A stretch of 64,000 nt of DNA from Halioglobus sp. GTDB taxonomy: Bacteria; Pseudomonadota; Gammaproteobacteria; Pseudomonadales; Halieaceae. The stretch's first letter is position 1; each line of letters starts with the position of its first letter. The position numbers were made by a program, and so were the translations under genes. This document shows positions 60,100 through 64,000 of this stretch, one piece after another. Location: positions 37,896 through 101,895 of the forward strand of contig JAXHMT010000002.1 in assembly GCA_034521205.1 (NCBI GenBank). The letters run 5' to 3'. The notes beneath the pieces are model-generated. The model searched no databases. It was not told where the DNA came from and saw nothing but the letters and a program-made list of their open reading frames with translations.

Positions 60100-60953
60100 T
60101 GCAGGATCAACTGCAGGGCAGGGTGGCACTGGTCACCGGCGCCAGCCGCGGCATCGGGCGCGCCATTGCGCGGCGGTTCGCCGCCGAGGGCGCCGCGGTG
60201 GTGGTTTGCGCCTCGCGCCCGGGACGCCATGGGGATCTCGAGGGCACGCTGGAGCAGACAGTTGAACTGATCGAGAACGCCGGGGGCAGGGCGGCCGCCG
60301 AAGCCTGTAATCTCGCCGACGCCGAGGCGCGGTCGGATCTGGTGGCGCGGGCCGGGAAGCACTTCGGCGCCCTGGATATCATCGTCAACAATGCCGCTGT
60401 TTCGCGCATGCGTCTGCCCAGTGAAAGTCCCGCCGCGGAGCGCAGCTGGATGTTCGACGTGAACGTCAATGCGCCGGTCGATCTCGCGCAGCAGGCGCTG
60501 CCGGAAATGCGCCGGCAGGGGCGGGGCTGGATTCTGAATATTTCCAGTGCCTCCGCGCGGCAGCCCGTGGTGCCGTACCGCGACACGCCGCTGGCGGCGC
60601 ATGTCATCGCGCCCTACGGCGCGACCAAGGCGGCGCTGGATCGCTACACCGAGGGCCTGGCCCATGAAGTTGCCGGGGAGGGTGTGTGTATCAACACGCT
60701 GGCGCCGGAAGGCATCGTGCTCACCGCGGGCGCCGATTACGTGCGCGATATCGCCCGGCGCAATCCCGACATGGCCGAACCGGTCGAAATGATGGCCGAG
60801 GCGGCACTGGCGTTGTGTTCCGGCAGTCTGCTGGGGCAGGTCTGTTACAGCCGGCAGTTGTTGCACTCGCTGGGCCGCCGCGTCATGAGTCTGGATGGCG
60901 CGACGGAATTGGGCGATGCGTTTCTCGCCGCCGATCCGGAGGAAACGGCGTAG
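60096..60953 (+). CDS. Short-chain dehydrogenase/reductase
   Basis: TGASRGIG, VNNAA, NISS, YGATKAAL. Confidence 0.92.
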   Translation: MMQDQLQGRVALVTGASRGIGRAIARRFAAEGAAVVVCASRPGRHGDLEGTLEQTVELIENAGGRAAAEACNLADAEARSDLVARAGKHFGALDIIVNNAAVSRMRLPSESPAAERSWMFDVNVNAPVDLAQQALPEMRRQGRGWILNISSASARQPVVPYRDTPLAAHVIAPYGATKAALDRYTEGLAHEVAGEGVCINTLAPEGIVLTAGADYVRDIARRNPDMAEPVEMMAEAALALCSGSLLGQVCYSRQLLHSLGRRVMSLDGATELGDAFLAADPEETA

Positions 60954-61000
60954 TGCGGCCGGGCTGCGTGTCGGGGGGATTTCTATTGTTTGCTCTTGCT

Positions 61001-61517
61001 GGATTCCCGCTTGCGCGGGAATGACGGCGGGTGGGCGCGAGTAATGACGGCGCCGTGGGCGCGAGTAATGACGGCGGGTGGGCGCGAGTGTAGAGTGACG
61101 GCGGGGGGCACGGGAATGACAGCGGGGAGCACGGGAATGACAGCGGGGAGCACGGGAATGACAGCGGGGAGCACGGGAATGACAGCGGGGTGGAGGCATC
61201 GGCCGCCTTCCAATGCCGTCATCACCGGTAGGCCGGAACGCGAGCCGCCTTCCAATGCCGTCATCACCGGTAGGCCGGAACGCGAGCCGCCTTCCAATGC
61301 CGTCATCACCGGTAGGCCGGAACGCGAGCCGCCTTCCAATGCCGTCATCACCGGTAGGCCGGAACGCGAGCCGCCTTCCAATGCCGTCATCACCGGTAGG
61401 CCGGAACGCGAGCCGCCTTCCAATGCCGTCATCACCGGTAGGCCGGAACGCGAGTCGCCTTCCAATGCCGTCATTCCCTCGCCCGCCCGCCGTCATTCCC
61501 GCGCAAGCGGGAATCCA
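61001..61517. repeat. Composite tandem array between two inverted REP/dRS3-like palindromes
   Basis: GGATTCCCGCTTGCGCGGGAATGAC (61001-61025) and its inverse (about 61492-61517); 23-24 bp x3 (61020-61089), 21 bp x4 (61108-61190), 42 bp x6 plus a partial (61202-61474). Confidence 0.95.
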
Positions 61518-61572
61518 GTAAGCTGGCCAGCGGCTCAACGGCTGGAATCAATGGTTTGTATCGGAACACAGT

Positions 61573-62964
61573 ATGAGTGACGACAACATGGCGAAAGCGG
61601 AGCTGCGCGCTGCCTGGGATGACATGATCGGGGCGCTGCAGGAAGCCCGGGACGCAATCGACCGTCCCGAACTGATGCCCGCGCCGGGAACCGAGCGCAA
61701 CCTCGCCGAGGGTTATCGCTACCTGATGGGCTATGTACACGCGGCGGTGGAGCGGGCCTTTCACGCCGATCCCGAGCGCCCGCAGTTTCGCAACGCGCTG
61801 TCCATCATTACCCGCAGTACGATCGACAACGCCGACGCGATTTATTTCTACGCGCCGATCGATGGGCAACGACAATACCGCATCAGCGGTGTGGCGGGCG
61901 ACTGGCGCCACTGGCGCGGCGAGCAGGCTTCGGCGGGCGTCACCAAAGCGCCGCACTACATGATCTTCGAGGCGACCGCCGGCGAACTGCCCGGCGACAG
62001 CGGCTCGCTGGCGGAACTGGCGCCGGGTGTCAAGACTCAGACCGGGCGCCTGGATTCCAGCGCCCTGCAGGTGGAGAGCGACGGGCATTTCGAGATTCTG
62101 CTCGCCCCGGAGCGGCCGGCGGGCCACAGCGGCAACTTCGTGTGTACCGCGAAATCGGTAGCCTCGGAGTCTGGCGACAGCGACGGCTCCACGACACGGT
62201 ATGCCACCTATATCAGCGGGCGCCAGTTGTTCTGCGACTGGGAACGCGAGGAGGCCGTCCACCTGGCAATCACCCGGGTCGGGGCCGAGGGAGGTCATGG
62301 CCCGGTCTACGGGCCGGCGGCGGCCGCCGACGAGCTGCGCCGCTGTGGCGAGATCGTGCGCAACCAGATGCATTTCTGGAACGCTTTCTGGACCATTCTC
62401 ATGGGCACCTACGGCGAGCGCGAGGGCAGCATCCCGGGCGTCGCGTTTCCGCGCAATGCCTTCAATCGCGTCAACGCCGCGTCGGGCGCCACGGGCGGCG
62501 GCCAGAGCACCAATCTCTATGCGGGCGGCGTGTTCGAACTGGAGGACGACGAAGCCCTGCTGATCGAGAACCGCGTGCCGGTGGCGCCGCAGTACATGGG
62601 TTTTCAGCTCGGCAACCTCTGGGGCGAGTCCATGGAGTACGCCGACCGCACCGGCAGCCTCAACGGCTGCCAACTGGTCGCCGACGCGGACGGCATTTAC
62701 CGTATGGTCGTCGCGCATCGCGACCCGGGCGTATCGAACTGGCTGGATACCAGCGGTCACCGGGAGGGCTTTCTGACGGCGCGCTGGGCCTACAGCGAAA
62801 AACCCGACGAGGCGGAGTGGCCGGGTATCGAAGCGCGCAAGGTGCCGTTCGATGCGGTGCGTGATCATCTGCCGGCCGATACAGCGACAGTGTCGCCGCG
62901 GGAACGCCGCGCACAGATCGCCGTGCGCCAGCGCCACGTGCAGCGGCGCTTCCGGGTTTTCTGA
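61573..62964 (+). CDS. DUF1214-type conserved protein
   Basis: LAEGYRYL, DNADAIY, DGHFEILLAPE, RQLFCDW, FELEDDEALLIE, DGIYRMVVAHRDPGVSNWLDTSGH. Confidence 0.82.
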   Translation: MSDDNMAKAELRAAWDDMIGALQEARDAIDRPELMPAPGTERNLAEGYRYLMGYVHAAVERAFHADPERPQFRNALSIITRSTIDNADAIYFYAPIDGQRQYRISGVAGDWRHWRGEQASAGVTKAPHYMIFEATAGELPGDSGSLAELAPGVKTQTGRLDSSALQVESDGHFEILLAPERPAGHSGNFVCTAKSVASESGDSDGSTTRYATYISGRQLFCDWEREEAVHLAITRVGAEGGHGPVYGPAAAADELRRCGEIVRNQMHFWNAFWTILMGTYGEREGSIPGVAFPRNAFNRVNAASGATGGGQSTNLYAGGVFELEDDEALLIENRVPVAPQYMGFQLGNLWGESMEYADRTGSLNGCQLVADADGIYRMVVAHRDPGVSNWLDTSGHREGFLTARWAYSEKPDEAEWPGIEARKVPFDAVRDHLPADTATVSPRERRAQIAVRQRHVQRRFRVF

Positions 62965-63734
62965 TGGAGGGCAAAATCGCACTGGTCATGGGCGGCGGCG
63001 CCGGTACGGGGCGCGCCATTGCCCTGGCATTCGCCCGGGAAGGGGCCGCGGTGGTGGTCGCCGATATCAATGAACAGGGCGGCGACGAAACGCTGGCGCA
63101 ACTGGAAACCCTGGGCGCCAGGGGCCTTTTCGTGCGCGCCGATACGTCGAGTGCAGAGGACGTGGCGCGGGTGATCGACACGACGCGCGAGCAATTCGGC
63201 GGCCTGCATATGGCGGTCAACAACGCGGCCAGGGGTGTGCCGAACAGGCCGGTCACGCAGTTGAGCGAGGACGAGTGGGACCGCTGCATGGCAGTCACCT
63301 TGCGCGGCGTCTGGCTGTGCATGAAGCATCAGCTGCCGCTGATCGAAGCTTCCGGCGGCGGCGCCATTGTCAACGTCGCCTCCGTCTCCGGATTGCGCGG
63401 CGAAGTGTTTCTCGGTGCCTACGCGGCGGCCAAGGGCGGCGTTCTCGCGCTGACCAAGTCGGTCGCCGTGGAATATGCAAAACGCGGTGTGCGCGTCAAT
63501 ACCGTCTGCCCCGGCGGTATCAATTCCGGCGGGATGGCCTTCTACCTGAAAGAGATGCCGGATGAGCTGCGCGAGAAAACCCTGCAAGCCCACGCCATGG
63601 AGCGCCTCGCCGAGCCGGCGGAGATCGCCGACGCCGCGGTGTACCTGTGCTCCGAGCGCGCCTCGTTTATCACCGGCCACGACCTGGTGGTTGACGGCGG
63701 GGTGCTGGTGCGCTCGAACGTGATCGACCTGTAG
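62964..63734 (+). CDS. Short-chain dehydrogenase/reductase
   Basis: GGGAGTG, VNNAA, YAAAKGG, RVNTVCPG, ITGHDLVVDGG. Confidence 0.93.
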   Translation: MEGKIALVMGGGAGTGRAIALAFAREGAAVVVADINEQGGDETLAQLETLGARGLFVRADTSSAEDVARVIDTTREQFGGLHMAVNNAARGVPNRPVTQLSEDEWDRCMAVTLRGVWLCMKHQLPLIEASGGGAIVNVASVSGLRGEVFLGAYAAAKGGVLALTKSVAVEYAKRGVRVNTVCPGGINSGGMAFYLKEMPDELREKTLQAHAMERLAEPAEIADAAVYLCSERASFITGHDLVVDGGVLVRSNVIDL

Positions 63735-63741
63735 ACGTCGG

Positions 63742-64000
63742 TCAGATTTGCTGGTTGTCCAGCGCCGTCAGATCGAAATCCGGTATGTACATCTGCGGCG
63801 TCTTGCCGCCGTCCACCGGCAGTACCACGCCCGTGATAAACGCGGCCGCGTCGGAAGCCAGAAAGCAGATCGCCGCGGCCATCTCTTCCGGCGTGCCGAT
63901 ACGCCCCATGGGAATGGCGCCCGCCATGGCGTCCTGCATCGCTTTGCTTTTCATGGTCGACGCTTCCAGACCGGGCGTCATGACGGCGCCCGGCGCCACC
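63742..64000 (-). CDS. SDR C-terminal part (5' end outside the window)
   Basis: [42 protein letters not shown]. Confidence 0.9.
   Translation of the reverse strand, partial: VAPGAVMTPGLEASTMKSKAMQDAMAGAIPMGRIGTPEEMAAAICFLASDAAAFITGVVLPVDGGKTPQMYIPDFDLTALDNQQI

Noticed and set aside
61202-61474. 42-bp repeat array as a CRISPR
   Set aside because: Units are head-to-tail with no unique spacers, and no cas genes are present.
60983-61580. Repetitive ORFs across the 61-kb array
   Set aside because: Open frames on both strands arise from stop-free repeats whose lengths are multiples of 3; no SD or family signal.

Overview
Bacterial, GC-rich window with a Gammaproteobacteria-like gene set (Halieaceae/OM60-like by content; inference). 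No rRNA, tRNA or CRISPR array was found. (1) 1-16.8 kb is a visibly more AT-rich general-stress island: DUF883, CsbD x2, YqaE, GlsB/YeaQ, PRC-barrel, two lipoproteins, Fe-SOD, HDAC-like, EEP, DUF2254, sugar transferase, plus a Crp/Fnr regulator, an orphan CheB-CheR-PAS fusion, a PAS protein and a Cys-motif-PAS-GGDEF. Thirteen intergenic copies of a CRP-like palindrome (TGTnCG-N4-CGnACA) were found there. Each lies 20-22 bp from a -10-like hexamer facing an island gene, which suggests a self-contained Crp/Fnr stress regulon; this is the most interesting signal. (2) 16.8-30.2 kb is core-like: dipeptidase, AidB-like ACAD, MazEF-like TA, RimK-TrkA_C, MscS/CBS/MgtE operon, carboxyltransferase, SutA-like protein, ExeM/NucH nuclease. 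(3) 30.4-35.3 kb is decayed: ASPIC/FG-GAP protein, di-haem peroxidase, orphan HipA. (4) 35.4-64 kb holds steroid/lipid catabolism genes (KstD, KshA, MDR, SDRs, ECH, F420-type LLM, cupin, P450, sulfotransferase, DUF1214), DUF3604 and an SLC13 permease. It is interrupted by a VapBC islet flanked by a 121-bp duplication of the ECH 3' end and by a czcCBA-PII cassette. Two repeat systems stand out: a dispersed covarying GGA-loop element and a REP-bracketed composite tandem array at 61 kb. Many genes carry single-base frameshifts, probably partly sequencing or assembly indels. All family calls are from motif recognition by eye; no database searches were run.
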